Shown: positions 45,763 to 54,497 of the stretch, in pieces
How positions within the stretch are numbered: the stretch's first letter is position 1
Layout of the letters: every line of letters starts with the position of its first letter
Virus record (IMG/VR): IMGVR_UViG_3300016480_000004
Source of the DNA: a virus
Taxonomy: Duplodnaviria > Heunggongvirae > Uroviricota > Caudoviricetes > Crassvirales
Reading direction: 5' to 3' (one strand)
DNA length: 64,000 nucleotides
Made by a program: the position numbers and the translations under genes
Notes under the pieces: generated by a model
Seen by the model: only the letters and a program-made list of their open reading frames with translations
What the model was told of the DNA's origin: nothing
Databases searched by the model: none

Positions 45763-46212
45763 ATGATAGATACATTTGGAGATAATCTATTAGAAGGTTT
45801 TAAACATGAGTCTCCTTCATATGAAGGAAATCAATTTAAAGACTTTCTATGTGTGCTTGAAGGATTCAAGACTAAGTTTAAGAATCTTCACTGGTCAGCA
45901 TATAGTAATTCAATCCATGTAAGGGTTGATGAACTTATTGATAAAATATCTGATTATCAAGACATTCTTGCAGAAGAAATTCAAGGTATTCAGGGACAGT
46001 TTGAACCAAACTTCCTTAAGGGAACTAACTTTAATTTCACTTGTCCTCATGAAACAATTGGTAATCTGATAAGTAGAACTGATACTTTTTATTCTAAATT
46101 ACCTCAGTCTTCTGACTTTGCTGGAGTTAGAAGTGAGTGTGAAGCCTTCATTACTAATCTTCACAAGTATAGGTACTTGTTTGATTTATGTAGAAGAGGT
46201 GCAATGGATTAA
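45763..46212 (+). CDS. Hypothetical protein embedded in the tRNA array
   Basis: ORF track. Confidence 0.45.
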   Translation: MIDTFGDNLLEGFKHESPSYEGNQFKDFLCVLEGFKTKFKNLHWSAYSNSIHVRVDELIDKISDYQDILAEEIQGIQGQFEPNFLKGTNFNFTCPHETIGNLISRTDTFYSKLPQSSDFAGVRSECEAFITNLHKYRYLFDLCRRGAMD

Positions 46213-46215
46213 GAT

Positions 46216-46290
46216 AGCCCCATAGTCCAATGGTCAAGAGACAGTAGATTTAAGCTCTACCCAGTGAGGGTTCGACTCCCTCTGGGGTTA
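46216..46290 (+). tRNA. tRNA-Leu(TAA), class-I-like (short variable loop, 12-nt D-loop, G37)
   Basis: Acceptor AGCCCCA/TGGGGTT, anticodon arm GTAGA-TTTAAGC-TCTAC, T-arm GAGGG-TTCGACT-CCCTC. Confidence 0.5.
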
Positions 46291-46294
46291 CTAT

Positions 46295-46366
46295 GCTTCT
46301 TTAGTATAAAGGTTATTACTCCTCTCTTGTAAAGAGGAAATGTAAGTTCGATTCTTACAAGAAGCT
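46295..46366 (+). tRNA. tRNA-Thr(TGT)
   Basis: Perfect acceptor GCTTCTT/AAGAAGC, anticodon arm CCTCT-CTTGTAA-AGAGG, T-arm GTAAG-TTCGATT-CTTAC. Confidence 0.65.
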
Positions 46367-46371
46367 CAAAT

Positions 46372-46443
46372 GCAGGTGTAGCACAATGGTCAGTGTGAGA
46401 GCCTTCCAAGCTCAGGATGAGAGTTCGATTCTCTCCACCTGCT
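46372..46443 (+). tRNA. tRNA-Gly(TCC)
   Basis: Perfect acceptor GCAGGTG/CACCTGC, D-arm GCAC-AATGGTCA-GTGT, anticodon loop CTTCCAA, T-arm GAGAG-TTCGATT-CTCTC. Confidence 0.65.
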
Positions 46444-46449
46444 CTAAAT

Positions 46450-46536
46450 CGCGAGGTAGTGTAATGGCAACATGTGTGGCTCATAACCACAAGAAGCAGT
46501 AATACTGTGTTGGAAGTTCGAGTCTTCCCTTCGCAA
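46450..46536 (+). tRNA. tRNA-Met-like (CAT) with an unpaired C1-A72 and a ~20-nt variable arm (87 nt)
   Basis: Anticodon arm TGTGG-CTCATAA-CCACA, T-arm GGAAG-TTCGAGT-CTTCC, acceptor CGCGAGG/CTTCGCA with a 1:72 C-A mismatch (an initiator-like trait). Long variable region with a CAGT/ACTG stem. Confidence 0.45.
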
Positions 46537-46555
46537 CTAAGTTAAAGTAAATAAT

Positions 46556-46708
46556 ATGAAAGAGGAGAAGACAATCACTTGTATTATAGGCTCTACAGTT
46601 AGAGAAGTAATCAAGCAAGCTCAAGAGCTTGAAATTAAAAAAGAGGATATAGTAAACATGTTTCCTTTAGGAGGACAGATTTACTTGATATTTTATAAGT
46701 AAAAATAG
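46556..46708 (+). CDS. Small ORF (50 aa)
   Basis: Manual translation MKEEKTITCIIGSTVREVIKQAQELEIKKEDIVNMFPLGGQIYLIFYK. Confidence 0.3.
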
Positions 46709-46716
46709 CTGGCATT

Positions 46717-46965
46717 ATGGAAGAGAAGAAGACAAAAGAACCTCAGTACAATGAACCTAAGATGATGTTACATCTTGCTATTTATAGTGCTGTTGGTAAA
46801 TACAAGAGTATTAAAAGAGCTATCAAAAAAGGGTATGTAACCTCTTGGGGAGAGGAAGTCCCAAAGAGACCTTTCAATAATAGAAAGAGGACCCGTGGTA
46901 GGGAGTTACAGATTACTAAAGAGAAGATTTATGGAGAACTTAAGTATAGAAATCAAGCCAGTTGA
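46717..46965 (+). CDS. Hypothetical basic protein
   Basis: ORF track. Confidence 0.45.
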   Translation: MEEKKTKEPQYNEPKMMLHLAIYSAVGKYKSIKRAIKKGYVTSWGEEVPKRPFNNRKRTRGRELQITKEKIYGELKYRNQAS

Positions 46966-47164
46966 GCTTGAAACTCCCAAGGAAGAATATAACAATATAC
47001 CAATTGTATATTGTAAGCATTGTCTATCATTAGCAATAAGAAACTCAGATGGCATAGATTACTGTGACAAGTGTGGTGGAACTGAAACTGGTGAGGCACA
47101 CATACATGAATGGGAGAAAATGTATGAGCAAAAGTATGGTGGAAAATATCTAACAGAAAAATAA
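46895..47164 (+). CDS. Hypothetical zinc-ribbon protein (CxxC...CxxC)
   Basis: CKHC...CDKCGG. Confidence 0.45.
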   Translation: MVGSYRLLKRRFMENLSIEIKPVELETPKEEYNNIPIVYCKHCLSLAIRNSDGIDYCDKCGGTETGEAHIHEWEKMYEQKYGGKYLTEK

Positions 47165-47165
47165 A

Positions 47166-47495
47166 ATGGAAGAGAAGAATAAAATGAAAGTTGTAAAGGG
47201 AGGCAAAGATACTCCAGAAGTGAGAAAACTAAGTTATGAGGAACTGGAGAATACTGCACATCAGTTGTCTGAACAAAGCAGACAGTTATATATGCAGAAT
47301 CAGAAGTTAAGTCAGGCTTTACAAGAAGCTAATCTTGCTAACTTCTATGAAAGATTGAAGTGGCTATGGACAGTAATTACTTCTACTACACCTTATATCT
47401 CAGAGGAGTTCAAGCAGAAGTGTGGTGAAGAGTTTGAAGTACTAATGACTCAACCTGAACAGGAACCTGAGGAAGAAGTAAAGGAAGGAGAATAA
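47166..47495 (+). CDS. Hypothetical protein
   Basis: ORF track. Confidence 0.45.
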   Translation: MEEKNKMKVVKGGKDTPEVRKLSYEELENTAHQLSEQSRQLYMQNQKLSQALQEANLANFYERLKWLWTVITSTTPYISEEFKQKCGEEFEVLMTQPEQEPEEEVKEGE

Positions 47496-47498
47496 ACT

Positions 47499-47882
47499 AT
47501 GGCTAAGCAAGTGGATTCAATAGTTAGGATTCCTTGCAAGGTAGATGGTAAGTTCTTTAGATATTGGTTCGAGTTTCTTACGCCTTTTCATAACTTGACT
47601 GAGAGAGAAATGGATGTCATTACTTCATTTGTGAAGCAAAGATATGAACTCAGCAAGGTCATTAAAGATAATGAGATACTTGATAAGGTTACTATGAGTG
47701 AAGATACTAAGAAGAAAGTAAGGGAGGAGTGTGATATATCTCTTCCCCACTTTCAAGTCATCATGGGTAAGTTAAGAAAGAATAAGGTCATCATTGATGG
47801 GAAGATAAACCCAAGATACATTCCATCCGTAGATGAAGAGAATGGTTCATTCAAGATGATGTTATTATTTGATTTCTCATGA
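47499..47882 (+). CDS. Hypothetical protein (terminase small subunit candidate by position)
   Basis: ORF track. Position upstream of the large terminase. Confidence 0.35.
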   Translation: MAKQVDSIVRIPCKVDGKFFRYWFEFLTPFHNLTEREMDVITSFVKQRYELSKVIKDNEILDKVTMSEDTKKKVREECDISLPHFQVIMGKLRKNKVIIDGKINPRYIPSVDEENGSFKMMLLFDFS

Positions 47883-48163
47883 TATACTCAGAAGCAATAA
47901 AACAGGTATCCATAGAACTTGGATTACCACCACAAGTGGTGAAGGAAGCCTATGAGTCCTATTGGGCTTTTATTAGGAATAACATCAAAGCCTTGCCTCT
48001 AAAGGAAGACCTAAGTAAAGAGGAGTTTGATAAGTTGAGAACCAATTTCAATATCCCATCAATAGGTAAACTTAGTTGTACTTATGATAGGATGATAGGA
48101 GTTAAGAAAAGATTTGAACATATAAGAAAGTTAAGAGATGATTACAACAATCAAGAAGGTTAA
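47879..48163 (+). CDS. Hypothetical protein
   Basis: ORF track. Confidence 0.4.
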   Translation: MIYSEAIKQVSIELGLPPQVVKEAYESYWAFIRNNIKALPLKEDLSKEEFDKLRTNFNIPSIGKLSCTYDRMIGVKKRFEHIRKLRDDYNNQEG

Positions 48164-48548
48164 ACCCATGTTTAATAACATGGTAGTCACTTTAAATAAA
48201 TATCCTACTGACCTAAAGACTATTGGGGGTATTATAGATAGTACCAGAGCTGGTTCAGTGAAAGAATATCAGACAGTAGTAGCTGTTGGACCAATGGTAA
48301 GAGGTATTGAAGTGGGAGATATAGTTTATATCAATCCAAAAAGATATGCAGTAATGCAGCATAAACCTGGCTCATTGCAGGATGGTGTTATTAAAGATAA
48401 TCCTGTGGTAGGATATAAGTTTGACATCATGGAGATTGATGGAGTTGAGCACATGATGATTCAAGATGGAGATGTAAAATTTGTAGCAGAGATTGAGGAA
48501 TTTGAAGAAAATCCTACTATTGTTACAGGACCACAACTTATAGTATAA
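48138..48548 (+). CDS. GroES/cpn10-like co-chaperonin (T4 gp31 analogue)
   Basis: Cpn10 pattern: ...TIGGIID...VVAVGPM...GDIVYIN... (GGI / AVG / GD-V). Confidence 0.55.
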   Translation: MITTIKKVKPMFNNMVVTLNKYPTDLKTIGGIIDSTRAGSVKEYQTVVAVGPMVRGIEVGDIVYINPKRYAVMQHKPGSLQDGVIKDNPVVGYKFDIMEIDGVEHMMIQDGDVKFVAEIEEFEENPTIVTGPQLIV

Positions 48549-48557
48549 ATATAAGCC

Positions 48558-48596
48558 TGAGCCTATCAAAGGCTTGGGCTTTTTTAGTTTTAAACA
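48558..48596 (+). terminator. Rho-independent terminator after the GroES-like gene
   Basis: Hairpin GAGCC-TATCAAA-GGCTT(GGGC) followed by TTTTTT. Confidence 0.5.
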
Positions 48597-48598
48597 GT

Positions 48599-49126
48599 AT
48601 GAGATTATTCAAAAGAGACGGATATAATCTGGTTATATCTGATGAAGCCTATGCTTTAAAGGCATTCAGACAGATATGGAACAGGGATAAATCTCTCTCA
48701 AAAGAGAGAGCTATTACAGAGCTTGGATATTGTTACTTTATGGAGGACTCCAGAAGTGACTACAAGTATATAATAGATGAGCAGGAAAGAAAAGAAGCTA
48801 TTAAGCAGGGTGAAGGTATGAAAGATAACTGGGAACCTGATACTACTGTGAAAGAAGCTCAAGCACTATATGCAAGTTTTAAGACTACTTCTGAGCTATT
48901 ACTTGATGATACAAGGATGCTTGTTGATAAGTATAGAATGAAGTTAAGGAGTATGGACCTAACTGAACTTGATATAAAAGAGACTAAGGAATTAGGTGCT
49001 ATTATTAAACTTATACCATCAATGGTTAAGGACTTGGATGAAGCTGAAAGAGCTATTGCTAAGGAATTATCACAGAATGATAGGGTAAGAGGGGCACAGG
49101 AAAAAGCAATATATGAGGACTTATAG
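48599..49126 (+). CDS. Hypothetical protein
   Basis: ORF track. Confidence 0.45.
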   Translation: MRLFKRDGYNLVISDEAYALKAFRQIWNRDKSLSKERAITELGYCYFMEDSRSDYKYIIDEQERKEAIKQGEGMKDNWEPDTTVKEAQALYASFKTTSELLLDDTRMLVDKYRMKLRSMDLTELDIKETKELGAIIKLIPSMVKDLDEAERAIAKELSQNDRVRGAQEKAIYEDL

Positions 49127-49128
49127 TT

Positions 49129-49449
49129 ATGGAAATAAATGATATAGTAGAAGGACTTAATGTATATTATGAAGGTTTCCCTAACAGAAGAAAGGGATAC
49201 TTTGTATTACATAAAATAGTAGATACTAACCCTGTAGTTAAGTCACAGAAGACTTATAGAATGCAAGTGTGGTTTGTAAATAAGAGGGAAAAGATACCTG
49301 CATTTGGTGCTCAGCACTCTAATAGAATTGTTACTGATGCAGAAGAGACTAAAGTCTTATCTCTCCTAACCACTTCTATTACTAAGTCTCTTCTGGAGTA
49401 TATTAATACACAAGATTTTAAAGAGTTATGCAATGATTCAAATGAATAA
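49129..49449 (+). CDS. Hypothetical protein
   Basis: ORF track. Confidence 0.45.
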   Translation: MEINDIVEGLNVYYEGFPNRRKGYFVLHKIVDTNPVVKSQKTYRMQVWFVNKREKIPAFGAQHSNRIVTDAEETKVLSLLTTSITKSLLEYINTQDFKELCNDSNE

Positions 49450-51700
49450 ATACCAAACTGAACTTACTGAGGAGCTAATGAATACCCTTCCTCAGGAGGT
49501 TCAGGAACAGTTACTTGAGACTCTCACTACAGTAGAATTTGTCAAGAGACTTATATCTCCCAACAGACCTTATGCAAGGGACTTACCAAGGGATGAAAAG
49601 GGCAGGATTATAGTAGATATTACTAATCCACACATTATTGAAGATGCTGATTATTTCAGACAACCAGCTCTGCATTTCTTGAAATATGGGTGCTATACAT
49701 TCTTAAAACCTAATAGTAATCCTAACTCTGAGTTCAGAAGATACTGGGATGAAGAAAAGAGAAGATGTTATGAAGGTTATGTGAGGGAGTCAGATGGAGA
49801 ATGGGTTACAGGTTTTAATTATTGGTTTATGAACTACTGTCCTATGATGGTTAATAAACTGATAGAAGGAAGAAAGAAGGCTATCAGAACTGAGGCTTTT
49901 CCTTTCTTCTTTGAAGGTATATATTGGAGATTCCATTACCTATGGCAAGCAAGAGAGGGGGGTAAACATGCTATTGAATTGGCAAAGAGAGGTTGTGCTA
50001 AGTCTTATAGCTTAGCAGCAATTATGAGCCATAATCTTATACTTGGAGAGAGTGAAGAATCAAATAGAAGGGTTATTACAGTACTTACCGCTTATCAAAA
50101 GGAATATCTGAAAGATGATAAGGATGGTACTCTGTCTAAGTTCAAGCCTTCAATTAACTTTAGCTTTGCTAATACTCCTTTCCCACACCTTATGCTAAAG
50201 AACTCTCCTAATGAGATGTCTTGGCAAATGGGTTATAAGGATGAATATGGTGTAGAGAAAGGCTCTCTGAATCAAGTACTTGCTGTGTCTGCAAAGGATG
50301 ATAGTGAGAAGCTGAGAGGTAAGAGAGGTTGGATTCTATTTGAGGAAATGGGTTCTTTCAAGGGATTGCTTTCTCTTTATGATATTACCAGAAAGTCTGT
50401 AGAGGATGGTGACTATACCTTTGCTACTATGTACCTTGTAGGTACTGCTGCTGAGAGTGAGTCTGACTTTAGTTCAGCTAAGACTTTGCTTTATAATCCA
50501 GATGGTTATAATATATTATCTATAGATAATGTATTTGACAGACCAAAGCAAGGTAAACCTAAGTTTGGTTTCTTCTTTCCCTCATATATTAATAGGGCAG
50601 GATGCTATAATAAGGATGGTGTGTCAGATGTAGTTAAGGCTTTAATTGAGATTCTTATTGCAAGATATAAGGCTAAATACAGTGCTGACCCTAAATCAGT
50701 GTTAAGAGTAATTGCTGAGGACCCTATCACACCAGCAGAAGCTATTATTAAAGTTAAGGCAGCATACTTTCCTATTACTGCTCTTACAGAGAGATTAAGT
50801 CAATTAGACCAAGATATACATGCTTATGATGATGTGTATGTAGGTAAGTTGGTGCAGAATAGTAATGGAGTAGAATTTACACCAACCAGTGATGTACCTA
50901 TCAGAAAGTTTGGTGTAGAGAATGATACTCCGGGTGCTGTGGAAATCTTTGAGATGCCAGAGAAAGACAGAAGTGGAAAGGTTCCCCACACAAGATATAT
51001 TATTGGTCATGACCCTGTAGATAATGACCAAGCTGAATCTTCCTCTCTTTCTTCTACCTTTGTTCTTGACTTATGGACTGATAAGATTGTAGCTGAGTAC
51101 ACTGGTAGGCAATCATTTGCAGATGATAACTTTGAGGTAGTAAGGTTACTATGTTTGTTCTATAATGCAAAATGTCTGTATGAATCAAATAAGAAGGGTA
51201 TATTTGCCTATTTTAGTAAGATGAATTGTACTCACTTACTGGCTGATACTCCAGAGTTTTTAAGGGATAAACAGTTAATTAAGTATAGTTCATTTGGTTC
51301 TAATGCTAAGGGTGTAAATGCCTCAGCAGCTATCAATGCTTATGCCAATAATCTTATAAGAGACTGGTTGATGAAGCCTGTTACTGTTATACAGAATATT
51401 GATGGGGAGGATGTAGAAGTAACTATCTATAACCTTAACTTCTTAAGAAACAGAGCATTAATTGAGGAACTAATTGCATTTAACCCAGAGATAAATGTGG
51501 ATAGAATTAGGGCATTAGGTATGGTTATGTTATATAGAGAGGAGACGATGGTCCTATATCAAGGAAACCCTTCAAGAGACTCAGAGGAAGTACCAAAGGA
51601 TTATTTAGGGAATGATAAGTTCTTTACTGAAAATTATAGGGCAGTACAAGTCCCTTTCCAGAAACCCAGTAAATTTAGTACAGAAGATGCAATTAAATAA
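49433..51700 (+). CDS. terL: Terminase large subunit
   Basis: ATPase Walker B-like GWILFEEMG, RNase-H-like nuclease motif I YIIGHDPVDND. Size (755 aa) and position directly upstream of the portal gene. Confidence 0.7.
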   Translation: MIQMNKYQTELTEELMNTLPQEVQEQLLETLTTVEFVKRLISPNRPYARDLPRDEKGRIIVDITNPHIIEDADYFRQPALHFLKYGCYTFLKPNSNPNSEFRRYWDEEKRRCYEGYVRESDGEWVTGFNYWFMNYCPMMVNKLIEGRKKAIRTEAFPFFFEGIYWRFHYLWQAREGGKHAIELAKRGCAKSYSLAAIMSHNLILGESEESNRRVITVLTAYQKEYLKDDKDGTLSKFKPSINFSFANTPFPHLMLKNSPNEMSWQMGYKDEYGVEKGSLNQVLAVSAKDDSEKLRGKRGWILFEEMGSFKGLLSLYDITRKSVEDGDYTFATMYLVGTAAESESDFSSAKTLLYNPDGYNILSIDNVFDRPKQGKPKFGFFFPSYINRAGCYNKDGVSDVVKALIEILIARYKAKYSADPKSVLRVIAEDPITPAEAIIKVKAAYFPITALTERLSQLDQDIHAYDDVYVGKLVQNSNGVEFTPTSDVPIRKFGVENDTPGAVEIFEMPEKDRSGKVPHTRYIIGHDPVDNDQAESSSLSSTFVLDLWTDKIVAEYTGRQSFADDNFEVVRLLCLFYNAKCLYESNKKGIFAYFSKMNCTHLLADTPEFLRDKQLIKYSSFGSNAKGVNASAAINAYANNLIRDWLMKPVTVIQNIDGEDVEVTIYNLNFLRNRALIEELIAFNPEINVDRIRALGMVMLYREETMVLYQGNPSRDSEEVPKDYLGNDKFFTENYRAVQVPFQKPSKFSTEDAIK

Positions 51701-51773
51701 ACAAATCACTTATGTGCTTGACTAAATGGACTTTTTTACTTACTTTTGTCACAAAATTAAATGATGGAAGACT

Positions 51774-54194
51774 ATGGCAGATTTTTTAAACTTTCCCAGA
51801 CAGATGCTTCCTTTCTCTAAGAAGACTAAGCAATGGAGAAAGGATTGTCTGTTGTGGGCTAATCAGAAGACATTCTTCAATTATAGCTTGGTTAGGAAGT
51901 CAGTAATCCATAAAAAGATAAACTATGACTTGCTTAATGGTAGGCTACACATGTCAGACTTAGAACTGGTACTCAATCCAGATGGTATAAAGGCAGCTTA
52001 CATCCCTGATAGGTTACAACATTATCCTATCATGAATAGTAAGTTGAATGTACTTAGAGGTGAGGAAAGTAAGAGAGTATTTGACTTTAAGGTTGTAGTA
52101 ACCAATCCAAATGCTATCTCAGAAATAGAGGATAATAAGAAGAATGAGCTATTACAAAGGCTTCAAGAAATGATAACTGACACCTCAATATCTGAGGATG
52201 AATACAATATCAAACTTGAGAAATTAAATGACTATTATACCTATGAATGGCAGGATATAAAAGAGGTAAGAGCAAATGAACTGCTTAACCATTATATAAA
52301 GGAATATGACATTCCTCTTATATTCAATAGTGGTTTCATGGATGCAATGACGTGTGGTGAGGAAATCTATCAATGTGATATTGTAGGTGGAGAACCAGTC
52401 ATTGAGAGGGTGAACCCATTAAAGATTAGGATATTTAAGTCTGGGTACAGTAATAAGGTGGAAGATGCTGATATGATAATCCTTGAGGATTATTGGTCTC
52501 CAGGTAGAGTAATAGATACATATTATGATGTATTATCTCCAAAGGACATAAAGTACATTGAGACTATGCCTGATTATATAGGTCAGGGAGCTGCTGACCA
52601 GATGGATAATATTGATGAGAGATATGGATTTGTCAATCAAAATATGATTGGTGATGAAATAACTGCTAGAGATGGAACCTATTTTTTTGACCCAGCTAAT
52701 CTATTTACAGAGGGTATAGCAAATTCACTACTTCCTTATGACTTGGCAGGTAATCTTAGAGTACTTAGATTATACTGGAAGTCAAAGAGAAGGATACTTA
52801 AGGTTAAATCTTATGACCCTGAAACTGGTGAGGAAGAATGGAACTTCTACCCTGAGACTTATGTAGTAAATAAGGAAGCAGGGGAAGAAGTACAATCATT
52901 CTGGGTTAATGAAGCATGGGAAGGAACTATGATTGGCAATGAAATATTTGTCAATATGAGACCAAGATTGGTTCAATATAACAGGTTGAGTAATCCTTCA
53001 AGGTGTCACTTTGGTATTGTAGGTTCAATCTATAATTTGAATGATAGCAGACCTTTCAGTTTAGTAGATATGATGAAGCCATATAACTATTTGTATGATG
53101 CTATTCATGACAGATTGAATAAGGCTATTGCTTCAAACTGGGGTTCCATCTTAGAGCTTGACTTATCTAAAGTTCCTAAAGGCTGGGATGTTGGTAAGTG
53201 GATGTACTATGCAAGGGTAAATCATATTGCAGTTATAGATAGTTTCAAGGAAGGTACTATAGGAGCCTCTACAGGTAAGTTGGCAGGTGCTCTTAATAAT
53301 GCTGGAAAGGGAATGATTGAGACTAATATAGGTAACTACATTCAGCAACAGATTAACCTTCTTGAGTTTATTAAGATGGAGATGGCTGAGGTTGCAGGTA
53401 TATCCAAGCAAAGAGAAGGTCAGGTATCTCAAAGAGAGACTGTGGGGGGAGTTGAGAGGGCTACTCTTCAATCAAGTCATATTACTGAGTGGTTATTTAC
53501 TATTCATGATGATGTGAAGAAGAGAGCTTTAGAGTGTTTCTTAGAGACTGCAAAGGTAGCTTTAAAGGGAAGAAACAAGAAGTTCCAGTATATATTATCA
53601 GATACCTCTACTAGAATAATGAATATTGATGGTGATGAGTTTGCTGAGGCTGACTATGGTTTGGTTGTAGATAATAGTAATGGAACTCAAGAGCTTCAAC
53701 AGAAGTTAGATACTTTGGCTCAGGCGGCATTACAGACTCAAACTTTATCATTCTCTACCATTACTAAGCTCTATACATCTTCAAGTTTAGCTGAAAAGCA
53801 AAGACTGATTGAGAAAGACGAAAAGCAGATTAGAGAAAGACAATCACAGGCTCAGAAGGAACAACTTGAAACTCAACAGCAAATAGCTGCTATGCAGCAA
53901 CAACAGAAAGAGGCAGAACTTCTCCAGAAGGAAGAAGCTAATATAAGAGATAATCAGACTAAGATAATAGTAGCTCAGATACAATCAGAAGCAGGACCAG
54001 ATGAAGAAGATGGAATTAGGATTGATGATTATAGTCCAGAAGCTAAAGCTAACTTACAAGAGAAAATTAGAGAATTTGACCTTAAACTACAATTAGATAA
54101 AGAGAAACTCAATCTTGATAAGAAGAAAGCTGAGACTGATGCAAGTATAAAGAGACAAGCTCTAAGAAAGAAAAGTAGTACAATTAATAAATAA
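51774..54194 (+). CDS. Portal protein (inferred)
   Basis: 806-aa protein immediately downstream of terL. Q-rich coiled-coil C-terminus. Synteny only. Confidence 0.5.
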   Translation: MADFLNFPRQMLPFSKKTKQWRKDCLLWANQKTFFNYSLVRKSVIHKKINYDLLNGRLHMSDLELVLNPDGIKAAYIPDRLQHYPIMNSKLNVLRGEESKRVFDFKVVVTNPNAISEIEDNKKNELLQRLQEMITDTSISEDEYNIKLEKLNDYYTYEWQDIKEVRANELLNHYIKEYDIPLIFNSGFMDAMTCGEEIYQCDIVGGEPVIERVNPLKIRIFKSGYSNKVEDADMIILEDYWSPGRVIDTYYDVLSPKDIKYIETMPDYIGQGAADQMDNIDERYGFVNQNMIGDEITARDGTYFFDPANLFTEGIANSLLPYDLAGNLRVLRLYWKSKRRILKVKSYDPETGEEEWNFYPETYVVNKEAGEEVQSFWVNEAWEGTMIGNEIFVNMRPRLVQYNRLSNPSRCHFGIVGSIYNLNDSRPFSLVDMMKPYNYLYDAIHDRLNKAIASNWGSILELDLSKVPKGWDVGKWMYYARVNHIAVIDSFKEGTIGASTGKLAGALNNAGKGMIETNIGNYIQQQINLLEFIKMEMAEVAGISKQREGQVSQRETVGGVERATLQSSHITEWLFTIHDDVKKRALECFLETAKVALKGRNKKFQYILSDTSTRIMNIDGDEFAEADYGLVVDNSNGTQELQQKLDTLAQAALQTQTLSFSTITKLYTSSSLAEKQRLIEKDEKQIRERQSQAQKEQLETQQQIAAMQQQQKEAELLQKEEANIRDNQTKIIVAQIQSEAGPDEEDGIRIDDYSPEAKANLQEKIREFDLKLQLDKEKLNLDKKKAETDASIKRQALRKKSSTINK

Positions 54195-54199
54195 AAGAT

Positions 54200-54487
54200 A
54201 TGAAGACAATAAGAACTTTAGTAATAAGTCCTAATGCCCCTGATACTAACTCAGTATGGCTGTATAGAGGTACAATGAAGTACTTTAACAATGGGGAATG
54301 GGAGACTGTAGGAGGTGATTCAGAACCTTATGTACTCCCTAAGGCTACTACCACTGAAATAGGTGGGGTAAAACAAGCTACTAATGTAGGTGATTTGGCT
54401 ACTGGAGCTGAACTTGCAACAGTGGTTACTAAGGTAAATGCAATTCTGTCTGCATTAAAGGTGGCAGATATAATGGTTAAGGATTAA
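54200..54487 (+). CDS. Hypothetical virion protein
   Basis: ORF track. Confidence 0.4.
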   Translation: MKTIRTLVISPNAPDTNSVWLYRGTMKYFNNGEWETVGGDSEPYVLPKATTTEIGGVKQATNVGDLATGAELATVVTKVNAILSALKVADIMVKD

Positions 54488-54497
54488 ACTAAATACT

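Noticed and set aside
42931-46536. Possible CRISPR array or repeat-spacer structure in the tRNA-rich region.
   Set aside because: The periodic similarity comes from tRNA T-arm and acceptor consensus sequences. No constant-length direct repeats with unique spacers are present.
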